Positions 38,589-48,562 are shown, counted from the first letter of the stretch. The stretch: 64,000 nt of DNA from Candidatus Sumerlaeaceae bacterium (GCA_051003195.1 JBPCLP010000013.1:1-64000); one strand, 5' to 3'. A program made the numbers and translations. Notes: a model not told the origin generated them from the letters alone.

Positions 38589-39686
38589 ATGGCAAGCTTA
38601 GAAGACTTTCGTTCTCAGATCGACGATATAGATCGTCAGATTGTGGCGCTGCTGGATCGCCGCGCGGGAGTGGCCAAGGAGATAGGAGCAGCCAAGTCGC
38701 AGGAGGGACGTACCAAGTTCTACGATGCGTCGCGCCAGAAGAAGGTTGTGGAGAACGCAATCGCGGCGGGGAGCGGCGCCTTCCCTGCCGAGGCTCTTCG
38801 CAATGTTTTTGTCGAGATCATGTCCGCTTCGCTGGCCCTGGAGCGCGCTCCAACGGTGGGATTCCTCGGCCCCGAAGGCACGTACAGTCACGAGGCAGCG
38901 CTCGGTGAATTTGGGAATTCTGTTACGCTGCAGCCGTTCGATTCCGTGTACGACATTTTCTTCGCGGTGGACCGCGACTGGGCCGATTATGGCGTAATCC
39001 CGATCGAGAACTCGACGGGCGGCGTCATCCACACGCACCTGGATATGTTCATCACGTTTACCGAGTTGCTCATCTGCAGCGAGATCGATCTCGGCATTCA
39101 CCTGAACCTGATATCCCGCAATCCTCTTGATCGCATTAAAACAATCTATTCGAAGGCGGAGCCGTTCCAGCAGTGCCAGGTGTGGCTGAAGGAAAATCTG
39201 CCGCAGGTACAGCTGATCGAAGTGGGCGCGACGGTTAAGGGTGTGGAGATGGCAAAAGACAGGGATTACGCCGCCGCGATTGGCAGCGAGATTGCCGCGA
39301 GGAAATACAATGTGCCGATCGTGGCCTCGCACATCGAGGATATGAAGGACAACACTACACGGTTTGTGGTCATCGGAAAACAGAAGAGCCCGCCCACGGG
39401 GAACGACAAGACCAGCTTGATGATCAGCATCAAGGATCGGCCGGGTGCGCTGTACGAACTGCTGCAGCCCATGCATGACCAGGGCATCAACCTGACTAAA
39501 ATCGAAAGCCGGCCGACGCGCATCAAGGCGTGGGACCTGGTGTTCTTTATCGATATGTTGGGACATGCCGAAGATAAGGCCATTTCCCAGAGCCTCGAGC
39601 TGCTTCGTGAGCGCGCAGCCAGCCTGCGGGTGATGGGCAGCTATCCGCGTGACGCGCGAATGATCAAACGGAGCGCCGCTGAATAG
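38589..39686 (+). CDS. pheA: chorismate mutase/prephenate dehydratase
   Basis: RSQIDDIDRQIV, FLGPEGTYS, PIENSTGG, NTTRF, NLTKIESRP. Confidence 0.96.
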   Translation: MASLEDFRSQIDDIDRQIVALLDRRAGVAKEIGAAKSQEGRTKFYDASRQKKVVENAIAAGSGAFPAEALRNVFVEIMSASLALERAPTVGFLGPEGTYSHEAALGEFGNSVTLQPFDSVYDIFFAVDRDWADYGVIPIENSTGGVIHTHLDMFITFTELLICSEIDLGIHLNLISRNPLDRIKTIYSKAEPFQQCQVWLKENLPQVQLIEVGATVKGVEMAKDRDYAAAIGSEIAARKYNVPIVASHIEDMKDNTTRFVVIGKQKSPPTGNDKTSLMISIKDRPGALYELLQPMHDQGINLTKIESRPTRIKAWDLVFFIDMLGHAEDKAISQSLELLRERAASLRVMGSYPRDARMIKRSAAE

Positions 39687-39695
39687 CGCATTCGT

Positions 39696-40358
39696 GTGAA
39701 GCACGAACACCGCGCATGGAGCCCGCAGTGGCTGGAGTATAGCGGGTTACCGCAGTTGCTCGCCGAAAAGGTCCGCGGTGGCGCGGGCTGGCCTGTCTTC
39801 AAGAAAATCGTCGAGCTGGATTGCGCGGTTAATTCCGAGCCGGGAACCGTCGAGGCAACTTTGGTGGAACTCGGCGCGCGCTGCGGAGTGGAAGCCCCGG
39901 CAGTCCGCAAGGCGCTGTTGTCGCTCCGCAAGCTTAAGCTGATAGCGGTGTTCCTGCCGGACGACGATGAAGAAGTCGCGCTTATTAAACTGCGAACGCC
40001 CCTGCAAACCCCGGTTACCGTGCAGCAGATCAAAGACGCGCATGCCCGAATTTTCGCTGATACTCCTCAGCATTTTCGGTACGTGGACGACTATGAACCG
40101 TCAACGGAGGAGACTACAGCGACGGACCCGCTTCTGCAGGAAATCGTGGATCTGTATTTTAACGCGGTCGGGCTGAAAATGAACGCTTTCGTACTGGACG
40201 AGCTGCGGCTGGTGCGACAACGTTTCCCGTCTGAGATGGTGCGCCGGACGTTCCGGCGCGCGCAACAGAACGAAATTAGAAGCCTGCACTGGGTAGTGCA
40301 GGAACTGGTGAGGCAGAAGAAAAAGAGTGACGAGGAAAGCGGCAGCGAAAGCGCCTAA
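39696..40358 (+). CDS. DnaD-like replication protein (N-terminal winged helix, C-terminal DnaD/DnaB_2-like domain)
   Basis: ELGARCGVEAPAVRKALLSLRKLKLI; IVDLYFNAVG..EMVRRTFRRAQQNEIRSLHWVVQEL; overlaps a DnaC-like gene. Confidence 0.6.
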   Translation: MKHEHRAWSPQWLEYSGLPQLLAEKVRGGAGWPVFKKIVELDCAVNSEPGTVEATLVELGARCGVEAPAVRKALLSLRKLKLIAVFLPDDDEEVALIKLRTPLQTPVTVQQIKDAHARIFADTPQHFRYVDDYEPSTEETTATDPLLQEIVDLYFNAVGLKMNAFVLDELRLVRQRFPSEMVRRTFRRAQQNEIRSLHWVVQELVRQKKKSDEESGSESA

Positions 40359-41037
40359 CGCGGCGGATGCCTGCCCGCAATGCAGCGGGCTTGGTTACTT
40401 GCTCACGCCGAAGGGTGCGGTCCCATGCCAGTGCCGGCAGCAGGCTGATCTGCAGAGAGCATTGGTACTCGCACGCATTCCGCGCAAATTCCTTGGAAAA
40501 TCACTGACAGGCTTTGCAGTAAAGAACCCTCGTCAGAAAGAGATCCTGCATTTTGCCAAAGACTTTCTGAAAACCTTTCGCGGCAACGAAGCAGATCATC
40601 CGGGTAAAGGTCTGCTGATGACAGGCAAAGAGGGTACGGGTAAAACTCACGTCGCGATTGCGATCCTTCGCGAAGTCATTGAGAAGGGTTACACCGGTCT
40701 TTACTGGAACGTGCCCGAACTGTTCCTGGAATTGCGCCGGCGCATGGATGAGAAGAGTGAAGAAAAAGAAGGTGAGTTGTTCGACCACGCAAAGCGCGTC
40801 GACCTGCTGGTGCTGGACGACCTGGGAGCGGAGCGCACGAGCGAGTACGTGCTGGACCGGCTTTATGTGCTTATTAACGGTAGATACCAGAATGATACGG
40901 CCACGATTATTACAACGAACCGGACAATCCCCGAGTTGAAGACGCAGATTGGGCCGCGCATCACGAGCCGAATTTGTGAGATGTGCATGTCGATCGAATT
41001 CCCCGAAGGGGATTACCGAACGCGGAACATGAAGTAG
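40327..41037 (+). CDS. DnaC/DnaI/IstB-like AAA+ ATPase with N-terminal Cys cluster
   Basis: CPQC..CQC; ARIPRKF; GKEGTGKTH; LLVLDDLGAE; TIITTN; RITSRI. Confidence 0.9.
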   Translation: MTRKAAAKAPNAADACPQCSGLGYLLTPKGAVPCQCRQQADLQRALVLARIPRKFLGKSLTGFAVKNPRQKEILHFAKDFLKTFRGNEADHPGKGLLMTGKEGTGKTHVAIAILREVIEKGYTGLYWNVPELFLELRRRMDEKSEEKEGELFDHAKRVDLLVLDDLGAERTSEYVLDRLYVLINGRYQNDTATIITTNRTIPELKTQIGPRITSRICEMCMSIEFPEGDYRTRNMK

Positions 41038-41147
41038 CCTGGCGCTGCAACCGCGCGTTGAACATAGGGGATTGCGGTCTCTGGCAGAATGCCGAAACCT
41101 TATAAAGTTATTGCGCGATGCCAACGCGCCTTTCACTTTGGGCGCTC

Positions 41148-42023
41148 GTGAGTGAACGACTGTTCAATCGAATTGCCGTAGTGGGCGTAGGGCTCCTCGG
41201 CGGGAGCCTTGGAATGGGCGCGCGCCGGCATAAACTATGTAATGAGGTCATCGGCCTTGGCCGCAGCAGTGCTGCGCTGGAAGAAGCGCGGCGGCTGGAG
41301 GCGATCGACCGGTTCACGCTGAACGCGGGCGAGGCAGTCCGTGGCACCGACCTGGTGGTGCTATGCACTCCAGTACGCCACATTGTTTCGGTGTTGCCGG
41401 AGCTCATAGCGCAGGCGAAACCCGGCACAATTTTCGCCGATGTGGGATCCAGCAAGGCCAGCATAGTCAGAGTCGGGGAACAAGCTGCCGCAGCAGCCGG
41501 CTGTTTCTTCGTGGGGTGCCACCCGATGGCGGGGTCTGAAAAAAGCGGCGTGCGACATGCACGAGAAAATCTTTACGAAGACTCCACCTGCTTCGTCACG
41601 AAAACGGCTGTCACCGACAAAACCGCATTCGGACGCGTATGCAGGCTTTGGCATGCGCTCGGCGCCCGCATCGTTATTTCCCGGCCCGAACGTCATGATC
41701 GACTGGTCGCGAGCGTCAGCCATCTGCCGCACGTGGTCGCTGTTGCGCTGGTGCGTGCGGTCGAGAAGTTTAGCGAGGACAAGAACCTCATCAAAGGAAT
41801 TATCGGAAACGGGTTCCGCGACACCACACGGATCGCCTGCGGCGATTCGCAAATGTGGGAGGACATCTGCACGGATAACCATGAGGAGATTGCGCGGTCG
41901 CGTGCGGCACTCGAAAGTGCGCTGGAGGAATTGATGAACGCGTGCTCCGCGAAACCCGGCCAGCAATTGCGCTCGATCCTGGATGATGCTTGCGAGTACC
42001 GCGCTTTTCTGGACCATCGCTAG
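41148..42023 (+). CDS. tyrA: prephenate/arogenate dehydrogenase
   Basis: VGVGLLGGS, DVGSSK, HPMAGSE, HD..SHLPH, GFRDTTRIA; start GTG 41148 or ATG 41118. Confidence 0.93.
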   Translation: MSERLFNRIAVVGVGLLGGSLGMGARRHKLCNEVIGLGRSSAALEEARRLEAIDRFTLNAGEAVRGTDLVVLCTPVRHIVSVLPELIAQAKPGTIFADVGSSKASIVRVGEQAAAAAGCFFVGCHPMAGSEKSGVRHARENLYEDSTCFVTKTAVTDKTAFGRVCRLWHALGARIVISRPERHDRLVASVSHLPHVVAVALVRAVEKFSEDKNLIKGIIGNGFRDTTRIACGDSQMWEDICTDNHEEIARSRAALESALEELMNACSAKPGQQLRSILDDACEYRAFLDHR

Positions 42024-42046
42024 CCGCTCACTCCACCAGGTACATC

Positions 42047-43621
42047 ATGAGCACCACAACCACTGACACAAACCCGACAAACCACGCTGACCGCTGGTAC
42101 CTCCTCGGCTTCGTCGTCGCAAACCTCGCCATCAAGCTTGCCCTCGTAAACTTCAACGGCGGCTCTTACACGGATGGCATCATCCAGCTGCAAAGCGCAG
42201 ACTTTCCACCCCACAACAAATACTTTGGAGTCGGGCTTTATCCACCGCTGTACGCGGACCTGACGGCACTGCTCTCATTTCTAGGCATCGGATTGGAAAC
42301 CGCAGGTCGGGTTGTGAGTGCTATCGCCGGTTCGTTCGCCCTGGTCCCCATCTTCTACCTCACGCGACTGGTTTTCGGACGCGATGCCGCGCGAATTGCT
42401 GCGCTCCTGTTCACCGTCTCACCGCTGATAATGCGTTGGTCCACGCATGCCATGACCGACTCGCTGTTCCTGACACTTAGCGCATCCAGCCTCTACTTCT
42501 ACGTTCGCACGTGGACCTCATTGGCTTCTGAATCCCGAAGCAACACTGCAATCGATTGGTCGCTGGCATGGGCAAGCGCCTTTGGTGCACTGGCAACATA
42601 CACTCGCTATCAAGGCGTACTGCTCGTGCTTCCGCTAGGCCTTGCCCTGATGATGTTTTTGGGTCGCGGGGCGATTCCACTCCGCACCCTGCTGTTTTCA
42701 TTATTATGGGCTGCGCCCGCTGCCTTCGCAGGACGCCGGCATGGCGTCCATACCGGCCAGTTTCTGGACCGCACAGCCGGTTCTCTCGTGCCAACCTTAT
42801 CGGCCTACTGGAACACGCTCGAAAGCTTTGTGCTGATCTCACCTTACTACTTTGGTTATCCCATCGCGCTGCTGGCAATTGTCGGGATGGCACTAGTCAG
42901 CCGCGGATCGATAGCTGTCCGACCGTTTGCGTGGATATTCGGCAGCTGGGCAATGCTGCTGCTTGTGGTGCATGCGGCGTTCGGATCGTTTCAATACCGC
43001 TACATGATGCCGGCGCTGCCCGCAGTGCTCGCCCTCGCGGGACACGGAGCCCACCAGCTGTACGTTGCCGCGAAGGTGCGCCGGTTATATCCGCTCTATT
43101 CGGCGGCGATGTTGATGAGCCTGGTTTACCTGGCGCTCTTTGCAACGGCTGTGCTTGTCTTTCAGCGGCCGACGCTGGCGGATCAAAAGCAAGCTGCTGC
43201 GTTCGTTAAGGAGCATGCGGGCGCCGGAGAACCAGTTTTCGCAAACGAGCGTTACGGTAACTTCACAGAGCTGAGTTGCGTAAAGCTCAGCTTCTGGAGT
43301 GGGCGAAAGGTCGAACTTTTATACGACGCACATACCGGTCGACTGCGCGATCTGCCAGGCGGATCCTGGGTAGTGCTGGGCAACCAGTACGGTGGGAATC
43401 AGTCCGTGGACGTACTCGGGCAGCAGATTCGATCCAGGTACACGGTGCAGGAGATTCAGCCCCCATTTTCGGCGCGCATTGTGCCGTTGATGGATGACAT
43501 CATGGTGGATCCGCTGTTCAACCAGAACCCCATGGGCTGGGTTCTTCGTTACACACCGCAGACATTCTTTACCCGGGTACTGCATGTAGTTGGTCCGGCG
43601 AGTGGCACGGGCGGCCATTGA
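42047..43621 (+). CDS. GT-C fold membrane glycosyltransferase (GT39/ArnT-like)
   Basis: YTDG, YPPLY, GRVVSA, TDSLF, ATYTRYQG, YRYMMPALP; many TM segments. Confidence 0.8.
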   Translation: MSTTTTDTNPTNHADRWYLLGFVVANLAIKLALVNFNGGSYTDGIIQLQSADFPPHNKYFGVGLYPPLYADLTALLSFLGIGLETAGRVVSAIAGSFALVPIFYLTRLVFGRDAARIAALLFTVSPLIMRWSTHAMTDSLFLTLSASSLYFYVRTWTSLASESRSNTAIDWSLAWASAFGALATYTRYQGVLLVLPLGLALMMFLGRGAIPLRTLLFSLLWAAPAAFAGRRHGVHTGQFLDRTAGSLVPTLSAYWNTLESFVLISPYYFGYPIALLAIVGMALVSRGSIAVRPFAWIFGSWAMLLLVVHAAFGSFQYRYMMPALPAVLALAGHGAHQLYVAAKVRRLYPLYSAAMLMSLVYLALFATAVLVFQRPTLADQKQAAAFVKEHAGAGEPVFANERYGNFTELSCVKLSFWSGRKVELLYDAHTGRLRDLPGGSWVVLGNQYGGNQSVDVLGQQIRSRYTVQEIQPPFSARIVPLMDDIMVDPLFNQNPMGWVLRYTPQTFFTRVLHVVGPASGTGGH

Positions 43622-45453
43622 TGGACCAGGTTGTACAGAAAGTGTCGCGCGGCAAACGGACCGGGGGAAAGAGCCCGCGTAAGCTGGAGGCGGAACCCGT
43701 TGACCACCGGACGGGCAGGATCGCGGCGCTTGTGGTCGCGCTGATTTCGTTTCTTGTTTATATAAGAACACTTTCACCCGGAATGCAGATGGGCGACGGG
43801 ACAGAACTCGCCACGTGCGCGCAAGTGCTCGGCGTCCCCCACCCGACTGGCTATCCGCTGTACATGCTGCTCGCCAAGCTGTGGCTTATCGTGACCATTG
43901 GCGGTGAAGTAATTGTGCGCACAACGTTGCTGAACGCGGTGATAATGAGTGCCGCGGCATATCTCACCACACGGGTAGCCGATTTGTTACTCGCTGGGGT
44001 GTTTCCTCTCTGGAGTGAAAAAGCGCGACTGTTTGCGGCGGCGGCCGCAGGGTTGAGTTCCGCTTTTCTTCGCTTTCACTGGGAAAACGCAGTTGTGACG
44101 GAAGTCTACGCGCTTCAATTCCTGCTGATGCTTGGTTTTGTGGCATGTGTGCTAAGCAGCGAGCGCGCTGTAACACAAAAGCGCGTCGTGGCAGCCGCTT
44201 TGATTGTCGGGCTCGGTCTCGCGCATCATCGTATGACCGTCTTCCTGCTCCTGCCGATGGTTTGGCTCTGGATACGCGCCTGGAAGGATTTACCCGCGGT
44301 GCAACGCGGACGAACATTGGCATTCAGTGCGGGAGTTATCGCTCTGTGCCTCTCGCTCTATGCGTATATTCCACTACGTGCGTCCGCGCGACTTCACTGG
44401 GGGAATACCCGCACGTGGAGTGGCTTCATAGAACACGTTCGTGGAACCGAATACCTTACGCGCAGTTTCCTGCGGCCCGCGCAGGGGCGGGAATTTACAG
44501 CCGAGACCTACGTTACCTTCGCCGCACGCGAAACCGCGCAAATCGCCGGCGATTTTGTCGGACAGTTTGCGCCACTAAACGAAGAGTACTACTACGACCG
44601 CTACGTTGAACGTATCTTTCTGGCGCCTGGATGGCGCGCTGTACTATTGCTGCTGGTGCTTGCACCCATTGGGCTCTATGGAGCGCTTCTATGGAAACGC
44701 GCGGCGCGGCGCACGTTCTGGGTTACTGCTGTTGTCAGTGCACAAAATGTGATTGTTCTGTTCATTTACAACATTCTCGATATACGCGACTATTACCTTT
44801 TCCCAATGTGGTTCGGATGGATCTGCGTCTGGTTCGGAGCGCTTGGTGCGGTCCGGGTGCTCTCCGAGCGTCGGCTACTTTTCGCACCTGCGGCACGTTA
44901 TGCATCGCTTTTGATTCCGGCGCTGATCGGCACGGCGAATTTCCCACGGTCGGATCAGAGTCAAAACGATGCCGCCGAGCGGCTTTCCGCAACGATTTTG
45001 CCAAATCTTCCTGAAGATCGCGTGGCTGAAGATTCCGACGTACTGCCCAATTCCATTGTAATGACGGGCGGCGATTTTGACAGCTTTACTTCGTGGTACC
45101 GTCAACTGGTGCGCAAGCAGCGCACCGATGTCCTGATCTTTGGCACGAACTTCATCTGGAAACCCTGGTACGCGGATTACTTTACCCCAGAACAGAAACA
45201 GCGCTACAGGCTGAAGCTTGCCGCGAATGTTGCTACCGGGCCTGATGCCTTCGCTCGTCAATTGGCAGAGGGCATTATTGACGCTAATATCCATAACACG
45301 CCGATCTACACCTGCTTGCAGGATCCAGCCGTGCTGATGGAACTCAGCAAAATGTACCGCCTGCGCCACGTTTCGAGCAACTGGCTCCAGCAGGAACGTA
45401 CTTCCGCGCAAGGCACGACAATTACTTTGTACCGGATTCAGCCACGGACATGA
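43621..45453 (+). CDS. DUF2723 protein (TMEM260-like GT-C, putative protein O-mannosyltransferase)
   Basis: YIRTLSP..GDGTEL..LGVPHPTGYPLY, EVYAL, GLAHH, YAYIPLRA, WGN. Confidence 0.88.
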   Translation: MDQVVQKVSRGKRTGGKSPRKLEAEPVDHRTGRIAALVVALISFLVYIRTLSPGMQMGDGTELATCAQVLGVPHPTGYPLYMLLAKLWLIVTIGGEVIVRTTLLNAVIMSAAAYLTTRVADLLLAGVFPLWSEKARLFAAAAAGLSSAFLRFHWENAVVTEVYALQFLLMLGFVACVLSSERAVTQKRVVAAALIVGLGLAHHRMTVFLLLPMVWLWIRAWKDLPAVQRGRTLAFSAGVIALCLSLYAYIPLRASARLHWGNTRTWSGFIEHVRGTEYLTRSFLRPAQGREFTAETYVTFAARETAQIAGDFVGQFAPLNEEYYYDRYVERIFLAPGWRAVLLLLVLAPIGLYGALLWKRAARRTFWVTAVVSAQNVIVLFIYNILDIRDYYLFPMWFGWICVWFGALGAVRVLSERRLLFAPAARYASLLIPALIGTANFPRSDQSQNDAAERLSATILPNLPEDRVAEDSDVLPNSIVMTGGDFDSFTSWYRQLVRKQRTDVLIFGTNFIWKPWYADYFTPEQKQRYRLKLAANVATGPDAFARQLAEGIIDANIHNTPIYTCLQDPAVLMELSKMYRLRHVSSNWLQQERTSAQGTTITLYRIQPRT

Positions 45454-45455
45454 TA

Positions 45456-45555
45456 CCAGTGTGCCGAATCCGTAGTTCCGTACCAGGGCAAAGGGCAGAC
45501 TTGACCTCGATTCGGCACGCAGAACTGATTACGAACTAACGGTAGACCCCACCAG
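45456..45555. mobile_element. 96-bp hairpin element, copy 4 (opposite orientation)
   Basis: CCAG at 45456 and 45552; stem GTGCCGAATC/GATTCGGCAC; reverse complement aligns to 29963..30062. Confidence 0.8.
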
Positions 45556-45628
45556 TGGTTCGGATAGCAGTTGCGAAGCTCGTCGTGGGTTCCCAGCGTC
45601 CGAATCCAGATCAGCCGAAAGTAATGAT

Positions 45629-46627
45629 ATGACATCTGAAGACTGGAAAAGTACACGCGTGCTGGTGACCGGCGCGGCAGGTTTTATCGGCAGCCACCTT
45701 GTCGAGCGCCTGCTGGCCCTCGGCGCGGATGTGACCGCTTTCGTGCATTACAACGCCTCCGGCAGTCGTGGCCTGCTTGAGCATCTCAGCGTACCGGACC
45801 AGCAACGCGTGAAAATTGTGACCGGGGACCTGCGCCATACAGACGCGCTGGAGGAGTGCATGGATGGCTGTGAGATCGTGTTCCACCTAGCCGCCATTAT
45901 CGCGATTCCCTTTTCCTACGTGCGTCCTGAGCTGGTGGTCGAAAATAACCTGATCTCCACGATGAATGTGCTCCAGGCTGCGCGCCGGTGCAAGGTGCGC
46001 CGCGTCGTGCACACAAGCAGCAGTGAAGTCTATGGAACTGCGCAGCGTGCTCCGATCGATGAATCGCATCCGCTGGAAGCTCAATCGCCGTACGCCGCCA
46101 GCAAGATCGCCTGCGATAAACTGGCGCAGAGTTTTCACCTGTCATTCGACCTGCCAGTAGTTACTCTGCGGCCGTTTAATACGTACGGTCCGCGACAGTC
46201 TGCGCGCGCAATTGTTTCCACGATTATTACCCAGGCGCTGACCCAGAGAAAGGTGTTCCTCGGGTCGATGCACCCGACGCGCGATTTCAGTTATGTCAGC
46301 GACACAATAGATGCATTTATCCGAATTGCCGAGACCGAGGGAATCGAAGGACGCACGTACCATGTGGGCAGCGGAGAGGAAATCTCAATAGGGCAGGTGG
46401 CGGATAGAATTATAGAAATTATCGGAGGCGATATACCGGTCTCCTTCGATCCCACTCGTATCCGTCCAACCGCCAGTGAGGTGAATCGCCTTGTCTGCGA
46501 CTCGACTCGTGCGAAGGCGGATTTGCAGTGGCGGCCAACCGTCTCACTGGACCAGGGATTGCGATCCACGATCGACTGGGTAGGAAAAAATCTCGGCGCA
46601 TACAAGCCGGCTATCTACAACATCTAG
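45629..46627 (+). CDS. NAD-dependent epimerase/dehydratase (4,6-dehydratase-like SDR)
   Basis: TGAAGFIGSH, HLAAIIAIPFS, TSSSEVYG, YAASK, RPFNTYGPRQS. Confidence 0.92.
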   Translation: MTSEDWKSTRVLVTGAAGFIGSHLVERLLALGADVTAFVHYNASGSRGLLEHLSVPDQQRVKIVTGDLRHTDALEECMDGCEIVFHLAAIIAIPFSYVRPELVVENNLISTMNVLQAARRCKVRRVVHTSSSEVYGTAQRAPIDESHPLEAQSPYAASKIACDKLAQSFHLSFDLPVVTLRPFNTYGPRQSARAIVSTIITQALTQRKVFLGSMHPTRDFSYVSDTIDAFIRIAETEGIEGRTYHVGSGEEISIGQVADRIIEIIGGDIPVSFDPTRIRPTASEVNRLVCDSTRAKADLQWRPTVSLDQGLRSTIDWVGKNLGAYKPAIYNI

Positions 46628-47359
46628 ATGCCCGACGCAAAACACACGCACAGCGAACGGCGCGCCGTGATCATGGCAGGCGGCGAAGGCACGCGGTTGC
46701 GTCCATTTACTCAGACGATTCCGAAACCGCTGCTGCCATTGGGTCGCAAACCAATCGCACAGATCATCGTCGAACGATTGCGCGATTGCGGTATCACCGA
46801 AATTACGATGACGCTCGGGTATGCGGCGGAACTTATACGCGCGTTTTTTCAGACGGGCTCCCAGTTTGGTGTGCGCGTGAGCTACTTCCAGGAACCCAGC
46901 AGAATGGGAACGGCGGGATGCCTCGCACATATCCCTGAACTGCGTGTTGCTCCATTCCTGGTAAGCAATGGGGACATTCTGACTGACCTGGATTATTGTG
47001 CTTTTCTGCAGGAACACGAGGCAAGCGATGCCGTGCTGAGCGTTGCGACCCGCAGCGAGAATGTTGCCATACCTTATGGCGTGCTGCGTCTCGATGGGGC
47101 ACGGGTGCTGGGCGTAGAGGAAAAACCCTGCATGAACTACTGCTTTAACGCCGGAATCTATGCCGTTTCTACTACCTGCCTTGGACTTATTCCAACGGAC
47201 CGCCCGTTCGATATGACGGACCTTATCAATGCTCTTCTGGCTGCAGGACACGCTGTGAGGAGCGTTCCACTTGAAGGTCTCTGGTTCGACCTTGCACGCG
47301 TGGACGATTTCGAAAAGGCCCTGGCGCAAATTGAAAAGACGCACCCTCACCTGTTGTGA
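46628..47359 (+). CDS. sugar-phosphate nucleotidyltransferase
   Basis: MAGGEGTRLRP..PKPL, GTAG, NGDIL, NAGIY. Confidence 0.92.
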   Translation: MPDAKHTHSERRAVIMAGGEGTRLRPFTQTIPKPLLPLGRKPIAQIIVERLRDCGITEITMTLGYAAELIRAFFQTGSQFGVRVSYFQEPSRMGTAGCLAHIPELRVAPFLVSNGDILTDLDYCAFLQEHEASDAVLSVATRSENVAIPYGVLRLDGARVLGVEEKPCMNYCFNAGIYAVSTTCLGLIPTDRPFDMTDLINALLAAGHAVRSVPLEGLWFDLARVDDFEKALAQIEKTHPHLL

Positions 47360-48507
47360 TGAGGATCGTACTTGGAGAGTCGACTGAACACGCGCGGGAA
47401 GAGGAGTTTCTGGACGGGCAGCTTACAATCGTCTCGCGCGATGGGCTGCACCCGAAGCAACGCGCCATCCTGCCGCTTTTACCAAAGAATAAGACGGGTC
47501 GAGCCCTGGTCATCAACAGCGACTATGCTGTACTTGGATTGGCGTTGCGCGCCGGCAATCCAGAATTGGAAATTGTGTGTCACTACGATGATGCCTGGCC
47601 CGCGGAACTCGCGCAATCGATGATCGCGCGCAATAGCGCAGTTAACATTGAGTTCTCACTTGCACCGGACCCTCCAGCTGGACCCTGGCAATACGTCGTG
47701 CTGCCGCTGGAGCGGCGGGGCATTGCAGACCTTGTCCGAGAACGGCTGCGTCTCGCAGCAGGCGAGCAGTTGGGCCCGCAGGGGCTCCTCATCACGAGCA
47801 GCGACACTAAAGACGATCGGTTTATCCGCGATGAGGTGAAGAAGGCATTCGGCGCGCTGCACACTGCCCCAGAAGACAGGCGTCGTGGCGGTGTGGCGTA
47901 TGTTGCCCGGAAACCCGCAAAGCTCCTTGTCGCGCCGCCTCGCAGCTGGTCCGAATACACGATCCGTGAAGGCGGCGAGACACTTAAATTCGAAAGCCGG
48001 CTGGGCGTTTTTTGTCACGACCGGCTTGATCCCGGCAGTCACGCCCTCATGTCGTTGATGGACGTCAGCTGCGCGCGACGGATTCTGGATCTCGGATGCG
48101 GAAATGGTGTTGTCGGAATCGTGGCGGCGCTGCGCAATTCGGACGCCCGGGTTACGTTCATTGATGCAAACGCGCGAGCGATCGAGTCCACGCAGAGGAA
48201 CCTCGCCAGTTACAATCTCGCCGGTCGCGCGGACGCCGTGCTCCTGTCAGCTAATCCAGTAGAGGCGCTTTCCACGCTTCCCAGGTTTGACCTGGTAATT
48301 ACAAACCCGCCCTACTATGGAAACTGGCGTATTGCGGAACTGTTTTTAAAAACGGCCGAGGCCGTCCTGGCACCCGGCGGAGTGCTTCAGTTGGTTACGA
48401 AGGCTCCACATTGGTATCGTGAGCAGATGGAAGATACGTTCTCGGATCTTCACGAGGGCTGCAAGGGCGGTTATACAGTGATTACGGCAACGCGGGTTGG
48501 CGCTTAG
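47359..48507 (+). CDS. class I SAM methyltransferase (RsmC/RlmG-like)
   Basis: GVF..LDPGS, LDLGCGNG, TNPPY. Confidence 0.88.
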   Translation: MRIVLGESTEHAREEEFLDGQLTIVSRDGLHPKQRAILPLLPKNKTGRALVINSDYAVLGLALRAGNPELEIVCHYDDAWPAELAQSMIARNSAVNIEFSLAPDPPAGPWQYVVLPLERRGIADLVRERLRLAAGEQLGPQGLLITSSDTKDDRFIRDEVKKAFGALHTAPEDRRRGGVAYVARKPAKLLVAPPRSWSEYTIREGGETLKFESRLGVFCHDRLDPGSHALMSLMDVSCARRILDLGCGNGVVGIVAALRNSDARVTFIDANARAIESTQRNLASYNLAGRADAVLLSANPVEALSTLPRFDLVITNPPYYGNWRIAELFLKTAEAVLAPGGVLQLVTKAPHWYREQMEDTFSDLHEGCKGGYTVITATRVGA

Positions 48508-48562
48508 GAGCTCCTGTTCGTTTGGGTAAGACTCTTGCATAGGCAGGATGCGAGACGTTTGA

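Noticed and set aside
38598..39710. 370-aa minus-strand ORF
   Set aside because: Antisense shadow of pheA.
40327..41037. IS21 element (IstB)
   Set aside because: No IstA transposase or terminal repeats; the Cys cluster and upstream partner fit a helicase loader better.
45552..45646. Fifth copy of the 96-bp element
   Set aside because: CCAG to CTGG spacing is 91 bp, the GTGCCG stem is absent, and it overlaps the epimerase start.
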